A stretch of 64,000 nucleotides of DNA from Calditrichales bacterium (GTDB taxonomy: Bacteria; Calditrichota; Calditrichia; Calditrichales; J004), in assembly GCA_965267575.1 (NCBI GenBank), contig OZ254086.1:1600001-1664000 (forward strand), written 5' to 3'. The translations under genes were made by a program, and so were the position numbers. A model generated the notes under the pieces. It had not been told where the DNA came from, did no database searches, and saw nothing but the letters and a program-made list of their open reading frames with translations. Below are positions 9,438 to 19,564 of this stretch, one piece after another (the first letter of the stretch is position 1; each line of letters starts with the position of its first letter).

Positions 9438-10757
9438 ATGACAAGTCATAACTTACATAAAGTGGTGATCGTTGGCGCGGGTTTTGGCGGTTTGTATGCT
9501 GCCCGTAAGCTTTCCAACAAAAAAGTGCAGGTAACGGTCATCGATAAGCGTAATTTCCACCTTTTTCAGCCTCTGCTGTACCAAGTGGCCACAGGCGGTT
9601 TATCGCCCGGTGATATTGCCTCGCCCATCCGCGCGATATTTAAGGATGCGCCCAACGTGCGTGTTATAAAAGCGGCGCTGGAGAAGATTTTACCCGAGGA
9701 AAAAACCGTGATTGCCGGAGGCAAAGAGGTACCGTTTGACACGCTGGTCATTGCGACAGGTGTGAGCCACCACTATTTCGGTAACGATCATTGGGAAAAA
9801 GACGCTCCCGGCCTGAAGACGGTGGAAGACGCGCTCACCATCCGCCAGCGTATTTTGAGCGCCTTTGAAAATGCCGAATTAGAGGAAGACCCGGAGAAGC
9901 GCAAAGCCTGGTTGCGGTTTGTGATCGTTGGCGGCGGCCCTACAGGCGTGGAACTGGCAGGCGCCCTCAGCGAACTGGCGCATTCTACCATGGTGCGCGA
10001 TTTCCGCAATTTCAGCCCCGGCGACACGGAAATTTATCTGGCGGAGGGCACGGGGCGCGTTTTGCCGCCTTTTCCAGAGAAGCTTTCCGAAAGGGCAAAA
10101 CGGTCGCTGGAAAAGCTGCGCGTGAAAGTGCTGACCGAAAGCATGGTAACGGGAATTGATGAAGACCGGGTTTATTTAAAAAACGGCGAACGCGAAGATA
10201 TACTGCAAGCCAGGACGATATTATGGGCGGCAGGCGTCAAGGCCGGTCCGGTAAGCGACATTGTCTACCATGCCACCAAGGCGGAGAGCGACAGGGCCGG
10301 GCGCATAAAAGTTAAAGATGATCTTACGATTGATGGATTCCCCGATGTCATGGTAATAGGCGACCTGGCACATTTTGAGACACCGCAAGGGCCTTTGCCG
10401 GGTGTGGCACCCGTGGCTATGCAGCAGGGGAAATACGCCGCGGAGAAGGTGGTTGCTCAAGTTAGCGGCAAGGCAACCAAACCTTTTGAGTTTTGGAACA
10501 AAGGCAATCTGGCTGTTATCGGACGAAAAGCCGCTGTTGCCGACGTGAACGGCCTGAAGTTTTCGGGATGGTTCGCCTGGCTGATCTGGATTTTTGTCCA
10601 TATCGCATATTTGATTGAATTTGATAATAAAATTAAAGTACTTTTCCAGTGGGGCTGGAATTTCTTAACCCGCAAAAGGGGTGCGCGTTTGATAACGCAA
10701 ATAGAATCCGGCTGGCAAAAAGTTAAGGGTCACGAGGAATTACAAACACATGCCTGA
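9438..10757 (+). CDS. ndh: Type II NADH:quinone oxidoreductase
   Basis: GAGFGG, HLFQPLLYQVATG, VGGGPTGVELAG, WAAGV and APVAMQQG motifs. Confidence 0.92.
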   Translation: MTSHNLHKVVIVGAGFGGLYAARKLSNKKVQVTVIDKRNFHLFQPLLYQVATGGLSPGDIASPIRAIFKDAPNVRVIKAALEKILPEEKTVIAGGKEVPFDTLVIATGVSHHYFGNDHWEKDAPGLKTVEDALTIRQRILSAFENAELEEDPEKRKAWLRFVIVGGGPTGVELAGALSELAHSTMVRDFRNFSPGDTEIYLAEGTGRVLPPFPEKLSERAKRSLEKLRVKVLTESMVTGIDEDRVYLKNGEREDILQARTILWAAGVKAGPVSDIVYHATKAESDRAGRIKVKDDLTIDGFPDVMVIGDLAHFETPQGPLPGVAPVAMQQGKYAAEKVVAQVSGKATKPFEFWNKGNLAVIGRKAAVADVNGLKFSGWFAWLIWIFVHIAYLIEFDNKIKVLFQWGWNFLTRKRGARLITQIESGWQKVKGHEELQTHA

Positions 10758-11826
10758 CATATCCGCACTGGACAGAGAAAAAATCTTACTATTGACACGC
10801 GATAACGCCTTTTTTGGACAAACCCGCAAACCATGGGTAAGCATGGATGTGGAGCTTCTGACGAGAGAAATCGAGAACAGGGGCTACAAAGTTGAAAGAC
10901 GTACATTTAGTGACGTTGTCAATGATCCGGAGGTGGTAACAAACCAGATTGTATTTTATTCTTTTAGCCACAAACTGAATGTGCGCGAATATATTTATGA
11001 TACGATTCGCCTGTTGGACAACGGTACCAACCTGATCGTTCCCAACAAGGATTTTCTCTACTGCCACGAAAACAAAGGCTACCAGGAGATTTATAAAAAG
11101 AAGCTTGGCGTGAAAAGCCTGAATGCTTTCTATTTCAGCAGCCGCCGGGAGATCGAAGACCGGGAGTTCGATTTTCCGCTGGTGTTTAAAACGGTGGATG
11201 GCTCCAATGCTACGGGCGTAAAACTGGTACATAGCAAGGAAGAATTGCTTCAAACCGTAAAGGAATTTGAATATCTGCCCGTTGTTGAAAAACTGGATCT
11301 TTTCAGGCGAAAGTATTTACGCAAAAAGAAATCTTACACGGAATACCCTAACTACTCAAACCGCCGCGATTACTATCAATACAGCGATTACATTCTTCGC
11401 GAAAAGCGCTTTATTCTGCAGCAGTTTGTGCCCAACCTGGGTTTTGATATCCGCGTTCTGGTAATGTATGACCGCTATTACATCATGAAGCGCAATGTAA
11501 AGAAAGGCGATTTCCGGGCCAGCGGGGCCAAGCTGTTCGATATGAAATATGAGCCGGACCGCGAACTCCTGGAATGGAGCCGTTCACTTTACAATAAATT
11601 TGATACGCCCTATTTCTCAATCGATGTCGGGCAGGCCGATGGAGAATACTACCTGTTTGAATACCAGGCGCTGCACATGGGCATGAACCCCATCGTTAAG
11701 TACAAGGGCTTTTACATGGATGGCCCTCAGGGCTGGCACTACGTAGAACACAAGCCGGTCATCGAAGAGGCATTTGCGCACGGCCTTACCCGCTACCTCG
11801 ATGACAGGCTTGGAAATAAGTCTTAG
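10750..11826 (+). CDS. RimK-like ATP-grasp ligase
   Basis: ENK, FPLVFK..GS...GV, FILQQFVPNLGFDIRV, DFRASG and SIDVG..YLFE motifs. Confidence 0.72.
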   Translation: MPDISALDREKILLLTRDNAFFGQTRKPWVSMDVELLTREIENRGYKVERRTFSDVVNDPEVVTNQIVFYSFSHKLNVREYIYDTIRLLDNGTNLIVPNKDFLYCHENKGYQEIYKKKLGVKSLNAFYFSSRREIEDREFDFPLVFKTVDGSNATGVKLVHSKEELLQTVKEFEYLPVVEKLDLFRRKYLRKKKSYTEYPNYSNRRDYYQYSDYILREKRFILQQFVPNLGFDIRVLVMYDRYYIMKRNVKKGDFRASGAKLFDMKYEPDRELLEWSRSLYNKFDTPYFSIDVGQADGEYYLFEYQALHMGMNPIVKYKGFYMDGPQGWHYVEHKPVIEEAFAHGLTRYLDDRLGNKS

Positions 11827-11855
11827 TCCCGGCTGACCCTGCCCGTTCAATTCCT

Positions 11856-14513
11856 CTACAGACTGAGCCAGTAGGTCGCTTTCAGCAGAAAAATGTTGTC
11901 CGGCTGGCCCGGCACAATCTTGTTGCGCAGCGAGCGATAGGTAAACGGACCGCTTTCACTGTGCTGGTCATACAAGAAACGGCTTTGCGTCCACACGAGA
12001 TAGAGAGTTGATCCTGGCCGGTACTCCCAGCGCAAGACAGCGTTGCCGCGCAACGAGCGGATCAGAAAATCGGGGTTTGAGAACGTGATCGCTTCTGCCG
12101 GTCCGTTGCCGTCATTGTCAACGATGTAATCTCCATCTTCACGCTTAAGCGTTGTTCCATCTTTTCCGTATTCGCGAAAATCATAACTGTTGCTTTGAGC
12201 CAGATATTTGAAAGTCTGATAATCGCCGGCAGAAACCAGCGGCTGCATATACATCTGGAAGCTCAGTTCAGGCGTGAAAGTAATATTTGCCCTCACGCCT
12301 GCGGAAAAGGTGTGTTGTTTCATCTCCGCGAAAATATAGCGTTTGCCAAACGTGCTTTGCGCCTGCGGATCGTCAAAGGCTCCCACCCACTGCACGTCAG
12401 GGTAGTTCCAGGAGTATTCCGGGCTGAATGTGAGGCGGATATTTTCTGCCGCTTTCCATTCGTAGCTATTCCAGAAATTATAATCACGGGAGCCGCTTGA
12501 GGAGATGTATGTAAACCCTCCCATGCCCACTACAAAATCATTGCGATCGTCGGATTGGGCATAGCTAAAAAATTCGACGCCCGGTTTGTTTATGGTCAAC
12601 GGACCGCCCCGTGTGCGCCGGTTATTTGTAGTTTGCGGATTGACAGCGCCGCCGAATTCAAATGAGTAGTAGTTATTCATTGTAAAACTAAAATTATACC
12701 AGACACCGCCCCAGGTCATGTTGCCGTCAAAATCGGACGTGCCAAAAAGAGATCCCAAAAGCTGTTTGCGTCTGAAATATTTGCCCGGTTCCGTCCAGCG
12801 GTAGCCGCCTGCGAAGTGACCGTTGATCATATTGGTGTTCCATAAAAATCCCAGGTCGTTAACTTCAAAACGCGGTTCTATTACGCCAATCGCGCTGTTC
12901 AGCAACCAGTTGCCTTTCTGCCGGTTCAGCGCAATACGCCCGGCATAGCCCGTCATGCTTTGTGCGTTGCTGTCCACCGAAGCATAGTCAAAATCCGGCC
13001 TTTGAAAATAATGCCTTGAGCTTTGCTGCAAATCCGTAATGCGCTCCTTATTGCCTGTAACATGGGACATACCTGTCCAGCCACTCAGAACCCAGGTTTT
13101 GGAGCTGTCCAGAAATACCCAGCCGTCAACGCCAAAAGCAAAAGCAGAGTTGTTCAGTTCGCTTTCAAGCTGTGGGCGGTCAAAGCTGCGCGTGGTGAGG
13201 GTTGAAATAAATCCAAGACCCTGACGGCCCTGGTTAAATTCCTTTTGCGCCCGCGCGATTCCATAATAGCTAAGCGGCTCCACTTCGCTACTCCCCGAGC
13301 TGCCATCGTCAAAGTGCAAATCCGCCCGCTCCCGTGAGGTGACGGCATGAATGGTGCCCACATTGAAATTGTTGCCTACTTTTCCGGTCACCTTTGCAGC
13401 GCCCAGAATTTTAGTTCCGTCGGGTACGTCACTCCACTGTGCATCGGGCAGGCTGCCCTGCGGTGCGCGGCCAATCCGCCGGCTGTAGAAAAAGCTGGGG
13501 TTGGACCAGTTGAATCCCCAGTTGCTGGTAGACCCGCCGTAGCCAAAGCTGAAAATAGAAGAGCCTTCAATAAAGAAAGGCCGCTTTTCCTGAAAGAACG
13601 ATTCGACATCGCTCAGGTTAACCACTGCCGGATCCACCTCCACTTGCCCGAAATCAGGATTAATGGTTGCATCGAGGGTCAGGTTTGGGGTAATGCCGTA
13701 TTTGATATCTGCGCCGAAGCCTGGCAGAAATTCGCCGTTCTGATTAAAAGGATCGTTTGACGGTCTTTGCAGGTACTCAAGTTTGCTACGGAAATAAGGG
13801 AGAATTTCCAAATTACGTGCGGCTTTAATATCTCTTAGTCCTCTCAGGTCTACGAAACGCGAAACGAAGCCGCTTTCATTGCGCGGTTTATACACAAGGT
13901 AGTCTTTTTCATTGTTACGGCTTATTTCCCGTAAAAAATTGATTCCCCATACATGCTCATCCTGAGCTTTAAAGCGCAATTGTGAAAAGGGTATACGCAT
14001 TTCGGCTATCCAGCCTTTAGGATGCAGTTGGGCCTTTCCTTCCCAAACCCCGTCCCAGGAATCATCCTCCCAGTCATCGTTGTAGAGTACGCCGTCGTAG
14101 TAGGTTCCGGCGGCACTCAGGCCGAAATAGAATCCGCTGCGCTTGTCATGATATGGATCGATATAGACACCAAACAGGTCGGAATTGAGATATTCATCGC
14201 GGCGGCTAAGCCGGGCAACGATCGAATCCGGCGCAGTGTCGTGCATGAACGCTGCGACATAGAGGTTTTCATCATCGTAGGCAAGAAATACTTCGGTCTT
14301 TTGTGTGGCTCGTTCACCTTCATTGGGGTCGCGTTGCAGAAAGTGGGTAATTGCTCTATTTTTCTTCCAGACAGCTTCATCCAGGATGCCGTCAATAACG
14401 ATAGGTATATCCGTTCGATTTGCATGCAGCACCTGCGGTCTGCTCTCGTCATTTTCTGATGCGCAAATCAGGACGGCAGAGATACATAAAATTGAAATAA
14501 CATTTCGAAGCAT
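11856..14513 (-). CDS. CBM9-like N-terminal domain plus DUF5916 outer-membrane protein
   Basis: IVIDGILDEAVW, YDDENLYVA, WIAEMRIPFSQLRF and LDATINPDFGQVEVD..EKRPFFIEG motifs; beta-barrel-like C-terminus ending KATYWLSL. Confidence 0.8.
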   Translation of the reverse strand: MLRNVISILCISAVLICASENDESRPQVLHANRTDIPIVIDGILDEAVWKKNRAITHFLQRDPNEGERATQKTEVFLAYDDENLYVAAFMHDTAPDSIVARLSRRDEYLNSDLFGVYIDPYHDKRSGFYFGLSAAGTYYDGVLYNDDWEDDSWDGVWEGKAQLHPKGWIAEMRIPFSQLRFKAQDEHVWGINFLREISRNNEKDYLVYKPRNESGFVSRFVDLRGLRDIKAARNLEILPYFRSKLEYLQRPSNDPFNQNGEFLPGFGADIKYGITPNLTLDATINPDFGQVEVDPAVVNLSDVESFFQEKRPFFIEGSSIFSFGYGGSTSNWGFNWSNPSFFYSRRIGRAPQGSLPDAQWSDVPDGTKILGAAKVTGKVGNNFNVGTIHAVTSRERADLHFDDGSSGSSEVEPLSYYGIARAQKEFNQGRQGLGFISTLTTRSFDRPQLESELNNSAFAFGVDGWVFLDSSKTWVLSGWTGMSHVTGNKERITDLQQSSRHYFQRPDFDYASVDSNAQSMTGYAGRIALNRQKGNWLLNSAIGVIEPRFEVNDLGFLWNTNMINGHFAGGYRWTEPGKYFRRKQLLGSLFGTSDFDGNMTWGGVWYNFSFTMNNYYSFEFGGAVNPQTTNNRRTRGGPLTINKPGVEFFSYAQSDDRNDFVVGMGGFTYISSSGSRDYNFWNSYEWKAAENIRLTFSPEYSWNYPDVQWVGAFDDPQAQSTFGKRYIFAEMKQHTFSAGVRANITFTPELSFQMYMQPLVSAGDYQTFKYLAQSNSYDFREYGKDGTTLKREDGDYIVDNDGNGPAEAITFSNPDFLIRSLRGNAVLRWEYRPGSTLYLVWTQSRFLYDQHSESGPFTYRSLRNKIVPGQPDNIFLLKATYWLSL

Positions 14514-14569
14514 AACTCCCCCTGAGTTTTTGCCGGACAAAACTGTTTTCCCTTAAAGACGTAAGGAGG

Positions 14570-15352
14570 ATGAAAAAGTTAGCGGTTATGGGAAAATTAA
14601 TAAAAACAAAAGCCCTGGTAATGGGTGCCATCAGATGGAAGGAATCTTCAAAGATTGTAACCCTGTACACGCGCGAATTTGGCAAACAGAAAATTATTGC
14701 CCGTGGCGCCTATCGCAAAAACAGCCCGCTTGCCGGCATTCTGGAAACAATGAATTATGTGGAAGTGGTACTGGATTTTAAGAGCAGCAGGGAACTCAAT
14801 TTGCTGCGTGAGATCAACCTTGAAAGCGGGTTCAACAAGCTACGTTCTCAATTTGATGCGTTTATGTACGGCATGGCGCTTCTGGAAATTATCAATCAGG
14901 TTTTTGAAGAAAATGATTCCGACAGCCTGTTTTTTGACTTCACAATCACGCAACTCGACCAGCTCGAGCAGCTAAAACAGCCGCAGGTGGGAGCTACTTA
15001 TTTTTTGCTTAAACTATTATCTTTCCTGGGCTTTAAACCGCAATTGGCCGATTGTCAATCGGGTGATACACAATTATGTGCCGAATACGTACACCTTAGT
15101 ATGGAGAGCGGCGATGTATATTGCAGCCAATGCGGTCTTCGCGGAGACAGTTATGTCACTTTATCAAAGGCTGAATATATTTGGCTCCGAGACTTACAAA
15201 ACGCCCATCACCGCCGAATATACCAATGGGAGTCTCTGCAATCTTTTTGCCCGAATGTAATAGGAAGGCTTATTAAATATTTGAATTATCATTTGCAACA
15301 TACGGTACATATCGAATCTTTGTCACTGACAGAAGATGGACAAATAGCTTAA
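14570..15352 (-). other. Antisense ORFs over recO are not annotated separately (see recO entry)
   Basis: No supported minus-strand product here; region is explained by the plus-strand recO. Confidence 0.05.
14570..15352 (+). CDS. recO: DNA repair protein RecO (start may be 14588)
   Basis: KESSKIVTLYTREFGK..IARGA OB-fold, FLLKLLSFLGFKPQL..C..C..C zinc region; adjacent to the GlyRS gene. Confidence 0.88.
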   Translation: MKKLAVMGKLIKTKALVMGAIRWKESSKIVTLYTREFGKQKIIARGAYRKNSPLAGILETMNYVEVVLDFKSSRELNLLREINLESGFNKLRSQFDAFMYGMALLEIINQVFEENDSDSLFFDFTITQLDQLEQLKQPQVGATYFLLKLLSFLGFKPQLADCQSGDTQLCAEYVHLSMESGDVYCSQCGLRGDSYVTLSKAEYIWLRDLQNAHHRRIYQWESLQSFCPNVIGRLIKYLNYHLQHTVHIESLSLTEDGQIA

Positions 15353-15443
15353 ATATAGCATTGAGTAGGAAAATGATTAGTGCTTTTTTATTATTTGTCA
15401 TAAATTATGCGGCTGAATATTTAGTGCATAAAGGAGGAATTTA

Positions 15444-16907
15444 GTGGCGCAAAAATCAGCCAACGGACTAATGGACAAAATTGTATCTCTTGCAAAGCGC
15501 AGGGGTTTCATTTTTCAAAGCAGTGAAATTTACGGCGGGATAAACTCCTGCTATGATTACGGCCCTCTCGGCGTAGAGCTGAAGCAAAATATTAAAGAGC
15601 TGTGGTGGAAGGCCATGGTTTATGAACGTGAGGATGTCGAAGGTGTCGATGCCAGCATTCTGATGCACCCTCGCGTTTGGGAAGCCAGCGGACACGTGGA
15701 GGGATTCTCGGATCCGATGATCGACTGTAAAGAAAGCAAGGCGCGCTACCGCCAGGACAAGCTTTTTGTTTACCTGCCCGAAAACGGGGCTAAAAACGAG
15801 TTGCTTTATGCCTACCCGGACGGGCAACCTGATTATATAGCAAAAAAACTCAAAAAAGAGGGAATCGATCCGAGCCAATTAAAAAGCGTGCCTCTGTCGG
15901 AAATAGATCCCTCGGAGTATGGTCGTGTGGTGGGCCCGGATGTAAAGACGCCCGGTACACTCACCGAACCTCGGCTGTTTAATTTAATGTTTAAAACATT
16001 TATGGGGCCCGTTGAAAGCGCGGCCAATATTGTCTATTTACGTCCCGAAACCGCGCAGGGCATTTTTGTGAATTTTCACAATGTACGCGAAGCTTCCCGC
16101 CAGAAGCTTCCGTTTGGTATTGCCCAGATCGGCAAAGCATTTCGTAACGAGATCACACCGGGCAATTTTACATTCCGTACGCGCGAGTTTGAGCAAATGG
16201 AAATGCAATTTTTTGTGCGTCCCGGAGAAGATGAGAAGTGGTTTGAATACTGGAAGGAAAAACGCAAATCGTGGTATAAGCGCATCGGCCTGAAAGAGTC
16301 GAAGTTGCGCTTTCATGCGCACGGTCCGGATGAGCTGGCCCATTATGCCAAGGCTGCATTTGATATTGAGTATGAATTTCCTTTTGAATGGCAGGAAATC
16401 GAAGGCATTCATAACCGTACGGATTTTGATTTGTCGCGCCACGCTGAATACAGCGGCAAAGACATGCGCTATTTTGATCCCGAAACGCAGGAAAAGTTCA
16501 TACCCTATGTTATTGAAACATCTATCGGCTGCGACCGGACGGTGTTAACCTGCATTATTGACGCATATGAAGAAGAGGAAGACAGAGTAGTGCTAAAATT
16601 TGCACCGGCGGTGGCACCTTTTAAGGCGGCGGTTTTTCCGCTGGTCAAAAAAGATGGTATGCCCGAGATTGCGCGCAACATTATCACAGACTTGCGCGGC
16701 GATTATCGCGTATTTTACGATGAAAGCGGTTCCGTCGGTCGTCGTTACAGGCGGCAGGATGAAGCGGGAACGCCTTTCTGCATTACTGTGGACAGCGAAA
16801 CGCTAGAAAATGGCTCCGTTACAATCCGTCACCGCGACACGATGGAACAGTTGCGCGTAGACAAGAGCCAAATTAAGAAATACCTGGACGATCAATTAAA
16901 AGTCTGA
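15444..16907 (+). CDS. glyQS: Glycine--tRNA ligase, homodimeric (eukaryote/archaea-type)
   Basis: [54 protein letters not shown] and [13 protein letters not shown] motifs. Confidence 0.96.
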   Translation: MAQKSANGLMDKIVSLAKRRGFIFQSSEIYGGINSCYDYGPLGVELKQNIKELWWKAMVYEREDVEGVDASILMHPRVWEASGHVEGFSDPMIDCKESKARYRQDKLFVYLPENGAKNELLYAYPDGQPDYIAKKLKKEGIDPSQLKSVPLSEIDPSEYGRVVGPDVKTPGTLTEPRLFNLMFKTFMGPVESAANIVYLRPETAQGIFVNFHNVREASRQKLPFGIAQIGKAFRNEITPGNFTFRTREFEQMEMQFFVRPGEDEKWFEYWKEKRKSWYKRIGLKESKLRFHAHGPDELAHYAKAAFDIEYEFPFEWQEIEGIHNRTDFDLSRHAEYSGKDMRYFDPETQEKFIPYVIETSIGCDRTVLTCIIDAYEEEEDRVVLKFAPAVAPFKAAVFPLVKKDGMPEIARNIITDLRGDYRVFYDESGSVGRRYRRQDEAGTPFCITVDSETLENGSVTIRHRDTMEQLRVDKSQIKKYLDDQLKV

Positions 16908-16916
16908 CGAGGAATA

Positions 16917-18050
16917 GTGTCACACTCAAAAGCTGAGCAAAAGAACAGTACTCTTTTTGTCCGTGAGGTGAAAATTGTTACGGTTCTTTCAGTTATATCT
17001 TTAGCGTTGCTTGCGGTTGAAATAAACATTCTACCCACCCTTGATGGTCTTGAACCAATTATGGTGGTTAATGTTGGCCTTTATTATATAATAGTTTTTC
17101 TGATTTGGAGATCAGCCAAGCTTTCATTAGCTAACAAAACTGTTTCTAAATTCTTTCTATTTGAGTTTGTCGTAATAGCAGTTTATTCATCTTTCGGGCT
17201 TATAGTATTTTCTCCGCTTACCCTGGATATATACATTATTTCATTTAATTTGAATTTTCTGATTGTGCCAGCAATCCTATTGATGACAACAACTTATATC
17301 TTTTTTTACTCATTAACGCCAAAGCTTCCAAGAAAGAATATAATATATATATCCATTTTTATTTCTATACTTGTTACGGTGTTGGTCAATCTAAATATTA
17401 ATATTTCCAATGATCTCTTCCAGCATAACTTTGACACCGACAGCTTACCAAATAAAATTACCGAAAACGCCTATTATGTTCATCTAATAAACCTGTCGTT
17501 TTTGATTTTTATTTGGGTGACTTATCACCAGGGAAATTACATATTGTCTGAATATTTACCTTCCGTTATTAGCATGCATACGCTTATGATTATGAACGAA
17601 ATATATCAATTATATAATATTAATAATCTCATTGATAACTTTGTATCTGCCCAATATTTTAACATGTTGCTAAATATCGGTTTTTTAAGTGTGTGGGTTA
17701 TTCGCTTGCGCTATATTTCGGACCCCACTAATAAAAAGAACGAGCATTATGTTCTAAATTATGATCTTTTGCGAGATTTTGTTAATAAGCCTAAAAACAA
17801 CTTATTGGAGATCGTCTTAAAAAAATGGGGCCGGATGCGCGTTTATACTGTTTCTATATTTCTGTTTACAATTATCAGTATACCTCTCCTTTTTTTGGGC
17901 AATTTAAATCATTTTATGCGTATTAACATGTTGTTGCTTGTATTTTTCTGGATGGGTGGTATGGTATACGCAGTCTACTACACGCAGAAGCGATGGCTAA
18001 AACAGATTCGCTTTATGATCAACAAACCCAAAAAAAGAGCAGAATCTTAA
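16917..18050 (+). CDS. Polytopic membrane protein of unknown function
   Basis: 377 aa with roughly 9-10 hydrophobic segments; visibly AT-rich; directly upstream of a soluble hybrid kinase. Confidence 0.65.
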   Translation: MSHSKAEQKNSTLFVREVKIVTVLSVISLALLAVEINILPTLDGLEPIMVVNVGLYYIIVFLIWRSAKLSLANKTVSKFFLFEFVVIAVYSSFGLIVFSPLTLDIYIISFNLNFLIVPAILLMTTTYIFFYSLTPKLPRKNIIYISIFISILVTVLVNLNINISNDLFQHNFDTDSLPNKITENAYYVHLINLSFLIFIWVTYHQGNYILSEYLPSVISMHTLMIMNEIYQLYNINNLIDNFVSAQYFNMLLNIGFLSVWVIRLRYISDPTNKKNEHYVLNYDLLRDFVNKPKNNLLEIVLKKWGRMRVYTVSIFLFTIISIPLLFLGNLNHFMRINMLLLVFFWMGGMVYAVYYTQKRWLKQIRFMINKPKKRAES

Positions 18051-18068
18051 TCCCCCGGGAGTTCTTAA

Positions 18069-19562
18069 ATGGAGAACCGTTTATCAGAATTAATTGATGA
18101 GCTACACGATGGGTTTTGTTCGATTCGTATGGATGGTGAACTCGTTTATGCGAACCAAAGCGCACACAAGCTTTTAAAAATTTCGGATACGGATAATTAC
18201 AATTTTTTCGAAGACTTTGTCCGCGACAAAAAGCTGATTTCTGAGTTAAAGGAAAACATAACTAAACGGCTTTCCATCAAGGATGTGGAATGCGATCTCT
18301 TTAATAGTGAAAAGCACAATTTCCCCGTTATCTTAACGGCAAACCCGATCCGCGATATTGACGGCGACACCATCGGTATGGCCCTTTTGTTTAAGGATAT
18401 GAGCACACTGGCGGCGATGCATGCGCAACTGGTGCAGGCACAGAAGATGGAAAGCGTGGGTATGCTTACCGCCGGCATTGCGCATGAATTTAACAATATC
18501 TTAGCGGGCATTATCCCCAATGCCGAACTCATCAAAATGACCATTGAAGCGGAAAACCCCAATTATACCCGCGCCGATTCAATACATAAATCCGCCCAAC
18601 GCGCCGCCAGTTTTATAAAGCAGCTGCTGAGTTTTGCCCGCAACGATGATGTTAAAGAAAACATTTCTCTTAATCTGGCACAAACGGTTTCTGAGACGCT
18701 GGAAATAATGGGCAAATTGTTCGGCAAGGAGATTACTGTTGAAAATGAATTGCCGGTATCCCTGCCGCCTATCAAAGCAGATCCCACTCGCGTGCAACAG
18801 ATTATTATGAATCTGGCGATTAATGCCCGGGATGCTATCCAGAACAGCGGTACGATTACATTTACCGCAGAAGCCGTTGCCCTGCAAAATGAAGCTGAGA
18901 ACGGTCTGCAACCCGGACGATACGTCAAATTAAGCATTGAGGATACGGGCAAGGGCATTGAAAAACACAATCTGGATAAGATATTTAATCCCTTTTTTAC
19001 CACAAAGGAGCCGGGCAAAGGAACAGGACTGGGACTTTCCGTTGTGTATGGAATCGTTAAAAATCTAAAGGGCCATATTACTGTCCATTCTGTTGCAAAC
19101 CAGGGAACGCGTTTTGATGTTTTTCTGCCCGTATCAGAATACGCGCCTCAAGGTGAAACCGAGCAACCCTATGTGGATACGCGAAAACGCAACAAGACAA
19201 TCCTGATTGTTGAAGATGAAAAAGTTATCCGTGAAATGGCCAAGGATATGTTGAGCTATCTTGGGTTTGAAACAATCGCAGTACAAGATGCGATCGAAGC
19301 GCTGGAGGTTTATCGCAGGCAACAGGTGGACATTGATATGGTTCTGCTTGACCTGATTATGCCACGCATGAATGGCGTAACCTGCCTGCATAAAATGCGC
19401 GAGATAAACCCGGAAGTACAGGTGGTTATTACGTCGGGCGTTGGCGAAGTAAATAAGCGCGATGATATGTTAAGAATAGGCGCTGTCGATTACATTGAAA
19501 AACCTTACAGCATCAAGGCTTTCGACGAATTGTTTAGCAGGATAATCAGCAGCGCCCAATAA
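18069..19562 (+). CDS. Cytoplasmic PAS-histidine kinase-receiver hybrid (CckA-like architecture)
   Basis: H-box AGIAHEFNNIL, N-box MNLAINARDA, DTGKGI, FFTTKEPGKGTGLGLS, receiver ILIVEDE..LLDLIMP; no TM segment. Confidence 0.92.
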   Translation: MENRLSELIDELHDGFCSIRMDGELVYANQSAHKLLKISDTDNYNFFEDFVRDKKLISELKENITKRLSIKDVECDLFNSEKHNFPVILTANPIRDIDGDTIGMALLFKDMSTLAAMHAQLVQAQKMESVGMLTAGIAHEFNNILAGIIPNAELIKMTIEAENPNYTRADSIHKSAQRAASFIKQLLSFARNDDVKENISLNLAQTVSETLEIMGKLFGKEITVENELPVSLPPIKADPTRVQQIIMNLAINARDAIQNSGTITFTAEAVALQNEAENGLQPGRYVKLSIEDTGKGIEKHNLDKIFNPFFTTKEPGKGTGLGLSVVYGIVKNLKGHITVHSVANQGTRFDVFLPVSEYAPQGETEQPYVDTRKRNKTILIVEDEKVIREMAKDMLSYLGFETIAVQDAIEALEVYRRQQVDIDMVLLDLIMPRMNGVTCLHKMREINPEVQVVITSGVGEVNKRDDMLRIGAVDYIEKPYSIKAFDELFSRIISSAQ

Positions 19563-19564
19563 TT

